A stretch of 64,000 nucleotides of DNA from assembly GCA_964559675.1 (NCBI GenBank), contig CAZLHJ010000001.1, forward strand, positions 56,285 through 120,284, read 5' to 3'. The position numbers and the translations under genes are program-made. The stretch comes from Candidatus Woesearchaeota archaeon (lineage in GTDB: Archaea > Nanobdellota > Nanobdellia > Pacearchaeales > GW2011-AR1). Each line of letters opens with the position of its first letter. Positions within the stretch are counted from its first letter, which is position 1. Below are positions 26,781 through 37,568 of the stretch, in pieces. The notes under the pieces are model-generated. The model worked only from the letters and a program-made list of their open reading frames with translations, was not told the origin of the DNA and searched no databases.

Positions 26781-27686
26781 ATGAAAGAAGAAAGAATATC
26801 ATTTTATAATGAAATAAGAAATAATAAGATAAAATCCGTAATCTTAATGTTCTCAATTGTAATCGTCTTTATCGTTCTAGGGTACTTCATCTCATTCGCT
26901 TTTGATCCAAGCTTATTTTTTATTATAATGATTTTCTCAATTATCTTCTCGTTAGGATACACATTAATTAGTTATTATAATTCAGATAAAATCGCATTAG
27001 CCTCAGTTAAAGCAAAACCTGCCTCAAAAACAGAACACAGATTACTTTATCACGCAGTAGAAAATATGGCTCTAGCTTCTGGCTTACCAATGCCTAGGGT
27101 CTATGTTATGCACTCTCCACAAATAAATGCATTCGCCTCAGGAAGAGATCCAAAACACGCAGTTATCTGTGTCACAACTGGAGCTCTAGAGAAATTAAAC
27201 AAACAAGAACTTGAAGGAGTTATAGCTCACGAAATGGCACACATAGCAAACTTTGATATCAGATTCATAACTTTAACTGCTGTGATGGTTGGAATGATTT
27301 CAATTCTTGCTGAGATTTTCTTAAGAAGCCTATGGTTCTCAAATTCAGAAGATCGAGGCAAGGGCGGAGCAATATTAATTATCTTGGGAATAATTTTTGC
27401 AATTCTCGCTCCAATAGTCGCTCAATTAGTTTCATTAGCAATTTCAAGAAAGAGAGAATATGCCGCAGACGCAACAGGGGTCAAATTAACAAGATATCCA
27501 AGAGGACTGGCTTCAGCACTAAAAAAAATAAAAGGAGAACATATTTCCCAAGAAGATAAACACAGATATCCAAAAGCTTCAGCCCCCCTATTCATCGCAA
27601 ATCCATTCAAAAGAATTTCAGTTCAAGGATTATTTTCAACTCACCCACCAATAGACGAAAGAATAACACGATTGGAGAGAATGTAA
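26781..27686 (+). CDS. htpX: HtpX-like M48 zinc metalloprotease
   Basis: TM helices; HEMAHIANFD (HExxH); C-terminal conserved region. Confidence 0.9.
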   Translation: MKEERISFYNEIRNNKIKSVILMFSIVIVFIVLGYFISFAFDPSLFFIIMIFSIIFSLGYTLISYYNSDKIALASVKAKPASKTEHRLLYHAVENMALASGLPMPRVYVMHSPQINAFASGRDPKHAVICVTTGALEKLNKQELEGVIAHEMAHIANFDIRFITLTAVMVGMISILAEIFLRSLWFSNSEDRGKGGAILIILGIIFAILAPIVAQLVSLAISRKREYAADATGVKLTRYPRGLASALKKIKGEHISQEDKHRYPKASAPLFIANPFKRISVQGLFSTHPPIDERITRLERM

Positions 27687-27718
27687 TAATTTTTAAAGAT
27701 TCAATTCTCTTAATTATA

Positions 27719-27988
27719 ATGGATTCATATATTGCACTCGGTATTGCTACAGGTGCAATTTGTGCATCATGGTATGCATTATCTTCTGAATTTTTTGAAT
27801 CCATCGAAACAGGTTTTAAAGCAAAATATGCCTTAAGAGCAATAGCTGAAGGAGACGATCCTAGGGAATACAGAGATTTATTTCAAGATGTAAAATTAAC
27901 TTCTTCAAACACATTCGGATTATCGAGTCTAATTATGGGTGGTAAGAAGGCAATGTTAAAATCCTTAAGAGAAAATAGGAGAAGTTAA
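27719..27988 (+). CDS. hypothetical small protein
   Basis: 89-aa ORF. Confidence 0.35.
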   Translation: MDSYIALGIATGAICASWYALSSEFFESIETGFKAKYALRAIAEGDDPREYRDLFQDVKLTSSNTFGLSSLIMGGKKAMLKSLRENRRS

Positions 27989-27993
27989 AAAAA

Positions 27994-28278
27994 TTATCGT
28001 CTAAGGGATAATTCTCTACTAAGCGTCTTTACTTCTGGAATTTCTGTAACTTTTTGAATTAAAAAACTCTGTTGACCAAAACATAAATATCCAAACTTAT
28101 TTGCATCAGAATATGTATCCCAACAAGTAAATTGAGTTCCTGCTCTTCCAACAGCATACCTGCCTTTATTTCCTACTAAGAGTCTAGGTAACTGTTCTTC
28201 ATAAGCTCTAAAATTCTCTTGTAATTCGGTTGTTCCGGGATTAGAATCTTCCATTCTAGTAATTGGCTCGCTAGTCAT
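27994..28278 (-). CDS. hypothetical small protein
   Basis: 94-aa ORF. Confidence 0.35.
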   Translation of the reverse strand: MTSEPITRMEDSNPGTTELQENFRAYEEQLPRLLVGNKGRYAVGRAGTQFTCWDTYSDANKFGYLCFGQQSFLIQKVTEIPEVKTLSRELSLRR

Positions 28279-28316
28279 AAATAGCTCATTAATTTTAAGT
28301 TTAAAAACTTAACTTG

Positions 28317-28892
28317 TCAATTTTTTACACTTAATTTGGGATTTGTCAAAACATCAGGCCGATACTTAAGATCATACAATTTTCTTCCAAGTTCAACATC
28401 TTTCATAGCATCTTTTTTATCTAAAATCTCAAGAATTTTACATTCTTTTCCTTGAAGCTGTTTATATGTTTCAAAAAAGTGTTTAAGCTCAGCAATAATG
28501 TGTTTCGGAATATCCTTTATGCCATCATATTCTGCATATCTCGGATCACAATCATAAACTCCAATTATTTTATCATCTTTTTCATCATCATCCACCATTC
28601 TCAAGACTCCAATTACTCTAACTGAAACTAAAGTCATGGGATAAACTGGCCTATTAGTAAGAATAATAACATCTAACGGGTCTCCGTCTTCCCAAAGAGT
28701 TTGAGGAACAAAACCATAATCTCCAGGATAATGAACTGCGCTATATAAGAATCTATCAAGTTTCAACAGCCCAGAGTCCTTATCTAACTCATATTTCTGT
28801 TTGCAATCTTTAGGAATTTCAATTATAGCATTAATTACAGAAGGAGCTTTCTCCCCTACACAAACATCATGCCACGGATTTTCTATCGCCAT
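28317..28892 (-). CDS. ppa: inorganic pyrophosphatase (family I)
   Basis: DGDPLDVIILT ... Asp-rich active-site blocks. Confidence 0.9.
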   Translation of the reverse strand: MAIENPWHDVCVGEKAPSVINAIIEIPKDCKQKYELDKDSGLLKLDRFLYSAVHYPGDYGFVPQTLWEDGDPLDVIILTNRPVYPMTLVSVRVIGVLRMVDDDEKDDKIIGVYDCDPRYAEYDGIKDIPKHIIAELKHFFETYKQLQGKECKILEILDKKDAMKDVELGRKLYDLKYRPDVLTNPKLSVKN

Positions 28893-29010
28893 TTTATCTT
28901 AATTTAATTTAGAAGAGTGTTAAAAACAAAATTGGCTTTTTAAAACTAACGTTATTATAAAAAATACTACAAACCCATATTTTTATAAATGCCTTGAAAG
29001 GGCTAATAAT

Positions 29011-30234
29011 ATGGACTTAACTAGAGAATCAGCAAATAAATCCGAGGAAGCAATGCAAAGAAATATACCTAGGGGCAATTTTGTAGACCATGGCTTAGTC
29101 CTTACTAAATCTCTTTCTCCTTTAGTTTTAGCCCCTGCAAAAGGCATAGTCCATCCATTCTCAAATGAGAAGAGGGATCTATTAACTCTAAGGAGATGCA
29201 TGATGGATAATTCAAATACATTTAGTCTCGCTTTACTCATAATGGGAGATCTGCCAGAAGTAAGGGACGATCTAGTTATAACTCATCAAGGATACAAAAT
29301 TTTAGATTTAATAGACGAAAAAAAGAATTTAACACGAGGAGAAAAACAAGAGTTAATGAATTTTTATCTCAATACGGTAGAATATCCAGAAAATAATATC
29401 CCTGAACTTGAGCGCAGGATCCAATCATTAAATTTACATTCGGATAAAGATGCAGAACATGCTTCTTTAGTGGCCCATATAGGAACTTTAATTCATGCTT
29501 TTCAACATAGGCCTCAAAGAGTAAAGGACGCATTCTTAAGAGATGGAAGAAATATGGCAGAGGGATTTAAGCGACAAGAAAACGCACAAATTTTAGATAT
29601 GCATGGAGTGAGGTCAGATTTATTAGTAAATGCTGGCTATGTTGGCTACACAGTTGATTCAATTTTAACAGCAAGAGGACTTTTAACTGAAGAGGAAGAA
29701 AAGAATTTAAGACCTCACGCAAGAAAAACTGGAGAAGGAGTTCAAACTGCAAATAATCTAAGAGATTTATTCAAAGACCTTGATGACGAAATTTATCATT
29801 GGCCTCAACGTATAATCGATGCAGTAAAGTTAGTTATTCCGAAACATCTTCCTTCAAGAGATTTCTCCAAAATTGAAGAGCTATATAGAAATGAATTTGC
29901 AGAGATAAGGGAATATACTAAAAAAACAATGTTTCGTGCGTGCGATTACATTGATGAATTACAAAGGATTAGAGGAGATAGGCCCGAAATAGGGCACATA
30001 GCATTCACAACTCTAAGTTTAGCAGTTTCAGCAATGACAGTTAGAAACGTAGATGACATTTGCTTTTTACTGTCCAGAGGAACTTATCAAAAACCTAGCA
30101 AACATGAAAGAATAGATGCTTATGACGTTTCATTACATCTCGCAAAAGAAAAAGGAGACGTAAGGCCTTACTTAGAACACATATTAATAAAAAAGAAAGA
30201 TTCAAGAGTTTTTAGGGCGCTTAGGACAAGATGA
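29011..30234 (+). CDS. hypothetical 407-aa protein translationally coupled to ogt
   Basis: No recognisable motif; stop overlaps the ogt start (ATGA). Confidence 0.5.
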   Translation: MDLTRESANKSEEAMQRNIPRGNFVDHGLVLTKSLSPLVLAPAKGIVHPFSNEKRDLLTLRRCMMDNSNTFSLALLIMGDLPEVRDDLVITHQGYKILDLIDEKKNLTRGEKQELMNFYLNTVEYPENNIPELERRIQSLNLHSDKDAEHASLVAHIGTLIHAFQHRPQRVKDAFLRDGRNMAEGFKRQENAQILDMHGVRSDLLVNAGYVGYTVDSILTARGLLTEEEEKNLRPHARKTGEGVQTANNLRDLFKDLDDEIYHWPQRIIDAVKLVIPKHLPSRDFSKIEELYRNEFAEIREYTKKTMFRACDYIDELQRIRGDRPEIGHIAFTTLSLAVSAMTVRNVDDICFLLSRGTYQKPSKHERIDAYDVSLHLAKEKGDVRPYLEHILIKKKDSRVFRALRTR

Positions 30235-30539
30235 AAAATCAATTGCAGACTAAATCAGAAAAAATCTTTTCAATCCTAAATAAAATTCCAAAAGGAAAAG
30301 TTACGACTTATAAAATATTAGCTGAAAAAATAAACTCTCATCCAAGAGCAATTGGCAAGATCCTAAATTCAAACCCTTATCCAATTAAAGTTCCTTGTCA
30401 TAGGGTAATCATGTCCTCTGGCAAACTCGGAGGGTATGTCTCAGGTATAGAAAAGAAGACTTCTCTTTTAAGGCACGAGGGATTACACATAACTAACGGG
30501 AAAATAGATTTGAAAAGGTATTTATACACCCCAAATTAA
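30231..30539 (+). CDS. ogt: methylated-DNA–protein-cysteine methyltransferase (minimal Ogt, DNA-binding/active-site domain only)
   Basis: VTTYKILAEKI...PCHRVI, active-site PCHR. Confidence 0.85.
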   Translation: MKNQLQTKSEKIFSILNKIPKGKVTTYKILAEKINSHPRAIGKILNSNPYPIKVPCHRVIMSSGKLGGYVSGIEKKTSLLRHEGLHITNGKIDLKRYLYTPN

Positions 30540-30547
30540 CCTAAACC

Positions 30548-31027
30548 ATGGAAAAAGTCTCTTCTGGACTATTAATGTATAAGTTTGACTCTGAAAATAA
30601 TCTAAGGGTATTCTTAGTTCATCCAGGAGGCCCGTATTGGAAGGATAAAAATGAAGGGGCTTGGAGTATTCCAAAAGGAGAAATAGACGATTTTGATGGA
30701 GATGATTTATTAGAAACTGCTAAAAGAGAATTTAAAGAAGAAACTGGAATAATTCCTCCAGAAGAAAAAGAAGCCTATGCTTACCTTGGAGAAATACAAC
30801 AAAAATCCGGTAAAAAAGTCCATGCATTTGCTTTCAAAGGAGAATGGTCTGGATTAATAATGTGTAAATCTATGGTTAAAATAGAATATCCTTATAGGTC
30901 AAATAAATTCATCACATTCCCAGAAGTAGATAAGGCCGATTTTCTCAAAATAGAAAAAGCAAAAGAATTCATCAACCCTGCTCAAGTTCAATTAATTGAT
31001 AAACTGGTTGAAATTCTAGAACTTTAA
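30548..31027 (+). CDS. NUDIX hydrolase
   Basis: Nudix box GEIDDFDGDDLLETAKREFKEETGI. Confidence 0.85.
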   Translation: MEKVSSGLLMYKFDSENNLRVFLVHPGGPYWKDKNEGAWSIPKGEIDDFDGDDLLETAKREFKEETGIIPPEEKEAYAYLGEIQQKSGKKVHAFAFKGEWSGLIMCKSMVKIEYPYRSNKFITFPEVDKADFLKIEKAKEFINPAQVQLIDKLVEILEL

Positions 31028-31693
31028 TTTTTTACCATCCTCTTTAGGAGAATTCTTTTGTAAATACATTGATGCCCCAGTTAAATTTCCTTGCAAATAT
31101 CTTATTCCTTGCAAAAAATCCTCTCTTAATAACTTTCCTGAGAAAATTAATTTATTTACATGATTATCTACAACTCTCGCATGCCCCTCTAAAATTCCAG
31201 GACCATAAGTTAATGCTTGATAATGTAATTCAAGTAATGCAAGTCTAGAAATAGGATCTAATTGCTGAGGATTACTTATATTTTCAATAGACTTAAAATT
31301 TTTTTCTAATTCTTCAGATAATCTCTTCCTTCTCCCAGCAGGTAATTCTGTTAAGAATAAATGGAACTCTTCATCTCTCTGATCCATGTACCCAATTCCA
31401 AAACCTAATCGCTTAACTTTTTCTAAATCTTCTTCAGAGAAAACTTGAACTTCGCTAGAATATAATTTTCTAGATAAGTCTCTAAGGGTTTGATCTAAAA
31501 CTCTGTCTTGCCTTCTATTTCTCTCACAATCAAGTGATGAAGCATCAATTCTGGAGATTAGCCCTCCAGATTTTTCTCTATACTCTTCTAAAGTGCTTTG
31601 TGCAACATAAATTTTTCCATCAATTATAGGAAGAGTAACCCCAAAAATTTCCACCGGAAATTTCTGTTCTTCAGGCATCCCTAAGTTCTCCAT
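31016..31693 (-). CDS. hypothetical protein
   Basis: 225-aa ORF. Confidence 0.4.
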   Translation of the reverse strand: MENLGMPEEQKFPVEIFGVTLPIIDGKIYVAQSTLEEYREKSGGLISRIDASSLDCERNRRQDRVLDQTLRDLSRKLYSSEVQVFSEEDLEKVKRLGFGIGYMDQRDEEFHLFLTELPAGRRKRLSEELEKNFKSIENISNPQQLDPISRLALLELHYQALTYGPGILEGHARVVDNHVNKLIFSGKLLREDFLQGIRYLQGNLTGASMYLQKNSPKEDGKKLKF

Positions 31694-31743
31694 AATAAAA
31701 AATCCTCAACATTCTTTAAAAATATAATTATTCTTTAATTTGC

Positions 31744-32306
31744 ATGAAAAAACTGAATAAAACCTTTTTCAACAGATCAACTCTTGAAGTAGCACAATCT
31801 CTCTTAGGTTGCTACTTAGTTCACGAAACTCCCAAAGGCAAAATAATTGGAAAAATAGTTGAGACTGAGGCATATTTAAGCGATGACCCAGCATCACATT
31901 CATTTAAGGGAGAAACTAAAAGAAATGATGCGATGTTTATATCTATTTCACGTATGGGATGTATTTCTGTTTCAATGTTGTTACAAATAAAGAAAAGATT
32001 GGAGAAGCAGTTCTTATCAGAGCTCTCGAGCCAATTTCAGGTCTTGAACTCATGAAAATAAATAGGAAAAAAGAGAACCTAAAAGATTTATGCTCTGGCC
32101 CAGGCAAATTAGTTATTGCGCTAGAATTAAAGAAAGAACATAATAAAATAGATTTAACTGAAAGTAAGAATCTTTATCTCTGCCAATCAGATTCTCAATC
32201 ACAAAACTCTCAAATTGTGAAAACCAAAAGAATCGGCATCTCAAAAGGAATTAATCTCCCGCACAGATTTTACATAAAAGATAATAAATTTATTTCAAAA
32301 CCTTAG
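31744..32306 (+). pseudogene. mpg: DNA-3-methyladenine glycosylase (Mpg/AAG family) split by a frameshift near 31936..31945
   Basis: ORF 31744..32055 gives FFNRSTLEVAQSLLGCYLVHE...[28 protein letters not shown]. Frame 0 from about 31938 continues [16 protein letters not shown]...[16 protein letters not shown]. Together the two match the Mpg signature across a 1-nt shift. Confidence 0.75.
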
Positions 32307-32706
32307 CTTCTGCTTCCAATTCAAGTTTTCTCTTCATCTCTCTTTCTCTCGCCTTTTCTTTCCTTGCATAATTGTCTCTTGCCCAATTTAAAAGAGTCTG
32401 ATTTACATCAATAAATCTTTCATCCATTTCACGAGTATAAACATCATTACTTATTTTTCCGTCTTTTTTGATTACACTACACTTCAAAATATCTAGAATC
32501 CCCTCATTTCCCAAATCTATCAGATGATTTCCCCTATCAATATACTCAATTGCACATCCTTTTCCATCATAGTTTTTATGCTCAATTTTCTGAACGGTTC
32601 CATAAGGCACGATTTCTCTAGATTTAGATCTTCCAAATCCAAATGCTAAAATCACAGTCATTAGTCCGACTCCAAGTGAATATTCAAGCCCTCTTTTTTC
32701 TATCAT
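32290..32706 (-). CDS. hypothetical membrane-anchored protein
   Basis: N-terminal TM helix; Lys/Glu-rich C-terminus. Confidence 0.4.
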   Translation of the reverse strand: MIEKRGLEYSLGVGLMTVILAFGFGRSKSREIVPYGTVQKIEHKNYDGKGCAIEYIDRGNHLIDLGNEGILDILKCSVIKKDGKISNDVYTREMDERFIDVNQTLLNWARDNYARKEKAREREMKRKLELEAEAKVLK

Positions 32707-32779
32707 GCCCGTCCCACTAAAATGAAGTATTTAAATTTTTATTACAAAATTATATAAATTTCAATTTTCTATAAAATAT

Positions 32780-33193
32780 ATGAAATCTCATACAGCTTAT
32801 CTCAAAATAAAAACAGAAAAAGAAAAAGAAATTGTCAACATCACATCTCAAGTAGCTCAAGAAGTGCAAAATTCAGGAATTAAGGAAGGCCTCGTTTTAA
32901 TCAACTCTATGCATATAACTTCTAGTGTATTCATAAATGATGAAGAACAAGGTCTAAAGCGAGATTTTATGATATGGCTTGAAAAATTAGCCCCGGACAC
33001 TCCTTATTACCAACATCACAATACAGGAGAAGATAATGCAGACGCTCACCTAAAAAGAACAATTATGGGGAGAGAAGTCGTAGTTGCAATCACAAATGGA
33101 AAACTAGATTTCGGCCCATGGGAACAAATATTTTACGGAGAATTTGATGGGAAAAGAGAAAAAAGAGTTTTAATTAAAATCCTTGGAGAATAG
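32780..33193 (+). CDS. YjbQ/UPF0047 family protein
   Basis: HTAYLKIKT...[19 protein letters not shown]...[24 protein letters not shown] matches the UPF0047 pattern. Confidence 0.8.
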   Translation: MKSHTAYLKIKTEKEKEIVNITSQVAQEVQNSGIKEGLVLINSMHITSSVFINDEEQGLKRDFMIWLEKLAPDTPYYQHHNTGEDNADAHLKRTIMGREVVVAITNGKLDFGPWEQIFYGEFDGKREKRVLIKILGE

Positions 33194-33242
33194 TTATAAA
33201 AAAACAACTAATTATTTTAAATTCAGAATATAATTCTTTGAA

Positions 33243-33698
33243 ATGAGTATAATTAAACCGGAACCAGCAACAATCAAAGACGCGATAAATCAAAGATTGA
33301 CCAATGGAGATCTTAGAATTGCTTTCGGTAGAGAGTTAAGGAGAGAAATAGATTCTCTTCAACTAGGGCCGACTCTTTCATATATAACCCAGTTTATTGG
33401 AAAGCATAAGGAATCGAGAGGATTTGAATATTCTATAGGGAGAGACACTCAAGTCTTAGCAACCTTAACTCGAGGAGGGACTCTAATGATTTACGGTGGA
33501 AAAGAAATGCACGATCTCATTGTTCCGCTTGCTAAAGAATTAAATCAAAGAGAGAGAACAAATTACCTTCTTCTTAAACAAAAAGACTCTCCAACACCCC
33601 CATTTAGAATAGTAAGTCCATTTTTAAGAGATTTTTACAGGCGAAGAATCGAAGGAGAATTACAAGAAGAATTTTTCATTAGAGAATCAGAATTTTAG
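33243..33698 (+). CDS. hypothetical protein
   Basis: 151-aa ORF. Confidence 0.4.
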   Translation: MSIIKPEPATIKDAINQRLTNGDLRIAFGRELRREIDSLQLGPTLSYITQFIGKHKESRGFEYSIGRDTQVLATLTRGGTLMIYGGKEMHDLIVPLAKELNQRERTNYLLLKQKDSPTPPFRIVSPFLRDFYRRRIEGELQEEFFIRESEF

Positions 33699-36352
33699 TT
33701 CAACTCATTCCAGAAATTCTTCTTATTATTCCAAAACTTTAACAAATCAAACACAAAGATAATACTAATTGCAGGTATCAAAGCAATCATCCAATAATAA
33801 GCACTCAATGGAACTGTCTGGAAAATTGAGTTCAAAGGAGAATGTATAATTAAAATTGTCAAAAGAATTGAGATTATTCCAGCAATAAACAAATATCTAT
33901 TTACAAAAGGAGATCTATTCAAAACTCCTTTTCTAAATGATCTGAAATTAAAAGCATTTGCAATTTCAAATATTATCAAAGAAACTAAGGCAGAAGTTCT
34001 AGCAATCTCTAAACTTTCTCCTAAAATAGAATAAACAAAATAGAATACTCCTAACGTTCCGAGGCCCATTACAAGCCCAGCGATTAAAAGTAGTGCAGTC
34101 AAGTCCTTATTTAATAAATTTGAATTTTTTCTCGGTTTCTTAGCCATAATATCTGTTGAGCTAGGATTCAACCCGAGAGTAATGGCGGTGATATCCGAAG
34201 TTACAAGATTCATAAACAAAATTTGAATTGCAACTAATGGCAAAGGTAAACCGATAGCAATCCCTAAAAATATAATAAATATCTCTGCATAACTACAAGA
34301 TAATTGATATGTGGTGAACTTTTTCATATTATTAAAAATTGTTCTTCCTTCTTTCACAGCTTCTAATATACTAGAAAAATGATCATCTTTCAAAATTAAA
34401 TCTGAAACTTCTCTTGAGACGTCTGTACCTTTTTTTCCCATTGCAACTCCAATATGTGCTGCTTTCAAAGCAGGAGCATCATTTACTCCATCTCCAGTCA
34501 TTGTTACAATCTCCCCATTTGTTTTGAGCGCATTAACAATTCTCAATTTGTGCTCAGGATTAACTCTTGCAAAGATAACTATATCATCTACCATTTTTTT
34601 CAATTTCTCATCACTAATTTTATCTAATTCATTTCCAGTTAAGCATAATCCTTTCAAACCTATTTGAGATGCAATAGAAATGGCAGTTTCTTTATTATCT
34701 CCAGTAATCATCTTAACTTTGATTCCCCCCTCTATGCATTCTTCAATGGCTTCTAAAACGCCCTTTCTTGGAGGATCTTCCATTGCAACAAATCCTAAGA
34801 AAATTAAATCTTCTTCAAATTCATCTCTATTTTTAGAATTAAATGGCTTATATGCAATCCCCACTGTCCTATATGCATTTAAATTAAATTCCTTATTTTT
34901 TTCTAAAATTCTCTCTTTTTCCTTTCTAGTTAATGTAAAGACTCCATTATTTCTCTGTACCCTAGAACACTTATCAATAACAATTTCTGGAGCTCCTTTT
35001 GTAAAAACAAATTTATCTTTTCCAAGTTTAGAAAGCACACTCATTAATTTCCTACTTGATGAAAAAGAAATCTCATCTAATCTTTGAGCATTCAAAGTTT
35101 CCTTAGTTATTCCGAGCTTTGACGCCATAACTAAAAGAGAAACTTCGGTCCCAGTTCCAATTGTATTAAATTCTTTTTCGTTCTCAACTTTTTGTATTTC
35201 AGAATCATTACATAAAACGGATGCTTTACCTAGTAAATCAAGAGCCCGGTTATCTCCAATTTCAATCTTCTTTTTATTATATAAGAGTTCTCCTTCCGAG
35301 TCATAACCATTTCCAGTTACATCTATAGTTTTATCATCCGCATAAATTGATTTTACTGTCATCTCTCCTCTTGTAATTGTGCCAGTTTTATCAGAACAAA
35401 TTACAGTAGTTTCTCCAAGAGTCTCAATTATAGACATTCTATTTACAATAGCGTTCTTTTTAGCCATTCTATATGCCCCAGAGGACAAAGTTGTAACTAA
35501 TGCAACTGGAAATCCTTCAGGGAAAGCTGAAACTGCTAATGCAATCGCAATAATCATTGCTTCAGTAAATAAATCATAATTGTATACTTCTGCTCTAAAA
35601 AAGAAAATAATCCCTGTTAAAATTGCAAAGAATATCGCAACAGTAGCCATCGTCTTGGTAATTTTATTTATTTTCTTTTGTAATGGCATCTCTTTTTCTT
35701 GTCTGGAAATTAAATTTGCAATTTTTCCAAATTTTGTTCTCATTCCAGTATAAGAAACCTTGGCTAAGCATCTACCATTTACAATGAATGTACCCATATA
35801 AATCATATTTTCTTCTTGAGGATCATCCAAATTCTTACACTCTTTCTTTGCGATTTCAACTGACTCACCAGTCAAAACAGATTCATCCACCCTAAGTTCT
35901 TTAGAATCAATTATAATACAATCTGCAGGAATCTTCTCTCCATTTCCTAGAACAAGTATATCTCCAGGAACTAACTCATTAGATGGAATTTTTTGTTGTA
36001 TTCCATCCCTTATAACAACTGAGATTGGAGTAATTAATTTCCTGAGGGAATCCACGGCTTTTTCAGCTTTATATTCTTGGAAAAAACCGACAGAAACTAC
36101 CATTAAAATAACTCCTAAAATCGCGTAAGCAGTGATATTCTTCCCAACAATAAAAGAAAGAGTCATAGCAACAAGCAATAAATAAATCACAAAATTATTC
36201 TTAATCTGCCTTGTTAAAATTTTAAACAAACTCGCCTTACCAATCTCACTTATCTCATTTCTTCCAAATTTAGCCAGTCTCTTTTCAGCTTCCTTACTCT
36301 CAAGACCCATTTCACCCTTCTCAACTCTTTTTACCATATCCTTAATTAACAA
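33695..36352 (-). CDS. P-type cation-transporting ATPase (P2-type, Ca2+/Mg2+-like)
   Basis: DKTGTIT phosphorylation site, PEGFP, TGDGVNDAPAL, ten TM helices. Confidence 0.95.
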   Translation of the reverse strand: MLIKDMVKRVEKGEMGLESKEAEKRLAKFGRNEISEIGKASLFKILTRQIKNNFVIYLLLVAMTLSFIVGKNITAYAILGVILMVVSVGFFQEYKAEKAVDSLRKLITPISVVIRDGIQQKIPSNELVPGDILVLGNGEKIPADCIIIDSKELRVDESVLTGESVEIAKKECKNLDDPQEENMIYMGTFIVNGRCLAKVSYTGMRTKFGKIANLISRQEKEMPLQKKINKITKTMATVAIFFAILTGIIFFFRAEVYNYDLFTEAMIIAIALAVSAFPEGFPVALVTTLSSGAYRMAKKNAIVNRMSIIETLGETTVICSDKTGTITRGEMTVKSIYADDKTIDVTGNGYDSEGELLYNKKKIEIGDNRALDLLGKASVLCNDSEIQKVENEKEFNTIGTGTEVSLLVMASKLGITKETLNAQRLDEISFSSSRKLMSVLSKLGKDKFVFTKGAPEIVIDKCSRVQRNNGVFTLTRKEKERILEKNKEFNLNAYRTVGIAYKPFNSKNRDEFEEDLIFLGFVAMEDPPRKGVLEAIEECIEGGIKVKMITGDNKETAISIASQIGLKGLCLTGNELDKISDEKLKKMVDDIVIFARVNPEHKLRIVNALKTNGEIVTMTGDGVNDAPALKAAHIGVAMGKKGTDVSREVSDLILKDDHFSSILEAVKEGRTIFNNMKKFTTYQLSCSYAEIFIIFLGIAIGLPLPLVAIQILFMNLVTSDITAITLGLNPSSTDIMAKKPRKNSNLLNKDLTALLLIAGLVMGLGTLGVFYFVYSILGESLEIARTSALVSLIIFEIANAFNFRSFRKGVLNRSPFVNRYLFIAGIISILLTILIIHSPLNSIFQTVPLSAYYWMIALIPAISIIFVFDLLKFWNNKKNFWNELN

Positions 36353-36408
36353 ATCTTCTTTATTAATTTAATCAAAACCCTTATAAAACTTAAATCTTAA
36401 ACAATAAC

Positions 36409-37089
36409 ATGGGTGAACAAAAAGAGTTTAAGGTAAAAGTCCTAGAGGCAGGATATGTCACTCACGACACAAGATATTTTATTATGGAGAAACCTAAGGA
36501 TTATTCTTATCTTCCCGGTCAAGCAACCGAGCTTTCTATTAACACTCCTGAATTAAAAGATAAAAAAAGACCATTTACATTTACAACTCATCCTGAAAAT
36601 CCTTTCTTAGAATTTACAATTAAAATGTATCCAGAACATGAAGACGGAGTAACTAAACATCTTAAAGACATAAAGGAAGGAGACGAATTCTTAATAGGAG
36701 AAAGCTGGGGAGCTATAAATTACAATGGGAAGGGAGTTTTCATTGCTGGAGGGGCTGGAATCACCCCATTCATAGCAATTCTAAGGCATCTAAGGAAAAA
36801 TAACCAATTACCGGGACACAAACTCTTATTCTCAAATAAAACTTCAAAAGATATTATACTAGAGCATGAATTCAAAGCAATGCTTGAAGAAAATTGCATC
36901 TTCACACTTACTCGAGAAGAAAATCCAAATTATCTAAATGAAAGAATAACTGAAGATTTTCTCAAATCTCATATAAAAGATTTCTCTCAACATTTTTATG
37001 TTTGCGGTCCAGCTCGTTTCGTCGGAGAAATCACATCAATTTTGCAAAAGCTCGGAGCTAACTCAGATTCAATTGTTGTAGAGACTTAA
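36409..37089 (+). CDS. FNR-like FAD/NAD(P)-binding oxidoreductase
   Basis: RPFTFTT (the RxYS-like FAD motif) and GGAGITPFIAIL (NAD-binding). Confidence 0.7.
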   Translation: MGEQKEFKVKVLEAGYVTHDTRYFIMEKPKDYSYLPGQATELSINTPELKDKKRPFTFTTHPENPFLEFTIKMYPEHEDGVTKHLKDIKEGDEFLIGESWGAINYNGKGVFIAGGAGITPFIAILRHLRKNNQLPGHKLLFSNKTSKDIILEHEFKAMLEENCIFTLTREENPNYLNERITEDFLKSHIKDFSQHFYVCGPARFVGEITSILQKLGANSDSIVVET

Positions 37090-37568
37090 TCTCTTCTTAA
37101 AACCCCTTTCTGAGCAAGAGAATCAAGAGCACTCTCACGTTTAGCTATGGCCTGATCCATTCTAGATATATGCGGAGCCCAATCAAATTTAGATGCTGCT
37201 TCAATAATTCTTTCAGGAATGAAAAATATATTCTTTGGATTTGGTTGAAATCCATAAAGTTCCCCAAATCTAGTTGAATAATCCTTTATTTTTCTTGCAT
37301 AATCAAATGCACTCGGGTTAATAGAAAAAATAAATCCTGGAACAATTTCAACATCTAAATATTCATTTGTGGAGCAAGGCAAACAAAACGGAATTTCCAC
37401 ACCTTGAACTTCCCTAATTTCATCTAAAGGTATTCTAACTAGATCGTAAGGGCGATTTTTATTCAATTCAACTAATCCTTCTGTAATTTGCTCAATATTA
37501 TCTCCTATGAAGAACCATCCCGGAATCTGAGGAGAATCATGCCTATAAAATAAATTCGATTCAGTCAT
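37086..37568 (-). CDS. hypothetical protein
   Basis: 160-aa ORF. Confidence 0.4.
   Translation of the reverse strand: MTESNLFYRHDSPQIPGWFFIGDNIEQITEGLVELNKNRPYDLVRIPLDEIREVQGVEIPFCLPCSTNEYLDVEIVPGFIFSINPSAFDYARKIKDYSTRFGELYGFQPNPKNIFFIPERIIEAASKFDWAPHISRMDQAIAKRESALDSLAQKGVLRRD

Noticed and set aside
27332-27804. Overlapping ORFs 27332..27559, 27422..27610 and 27607..27804 within or adjacent to htpX
   Set aside because: They are alternative-frame or antisense artefacts. htpX has a full motif set.
34680-36905. ORFs 34680..35087, 35379..35579 and 36720..36905 on the opposite strand of the P-type ATPase and FNR-like genes
   Set aside because: They are antisense shadow ORFs.
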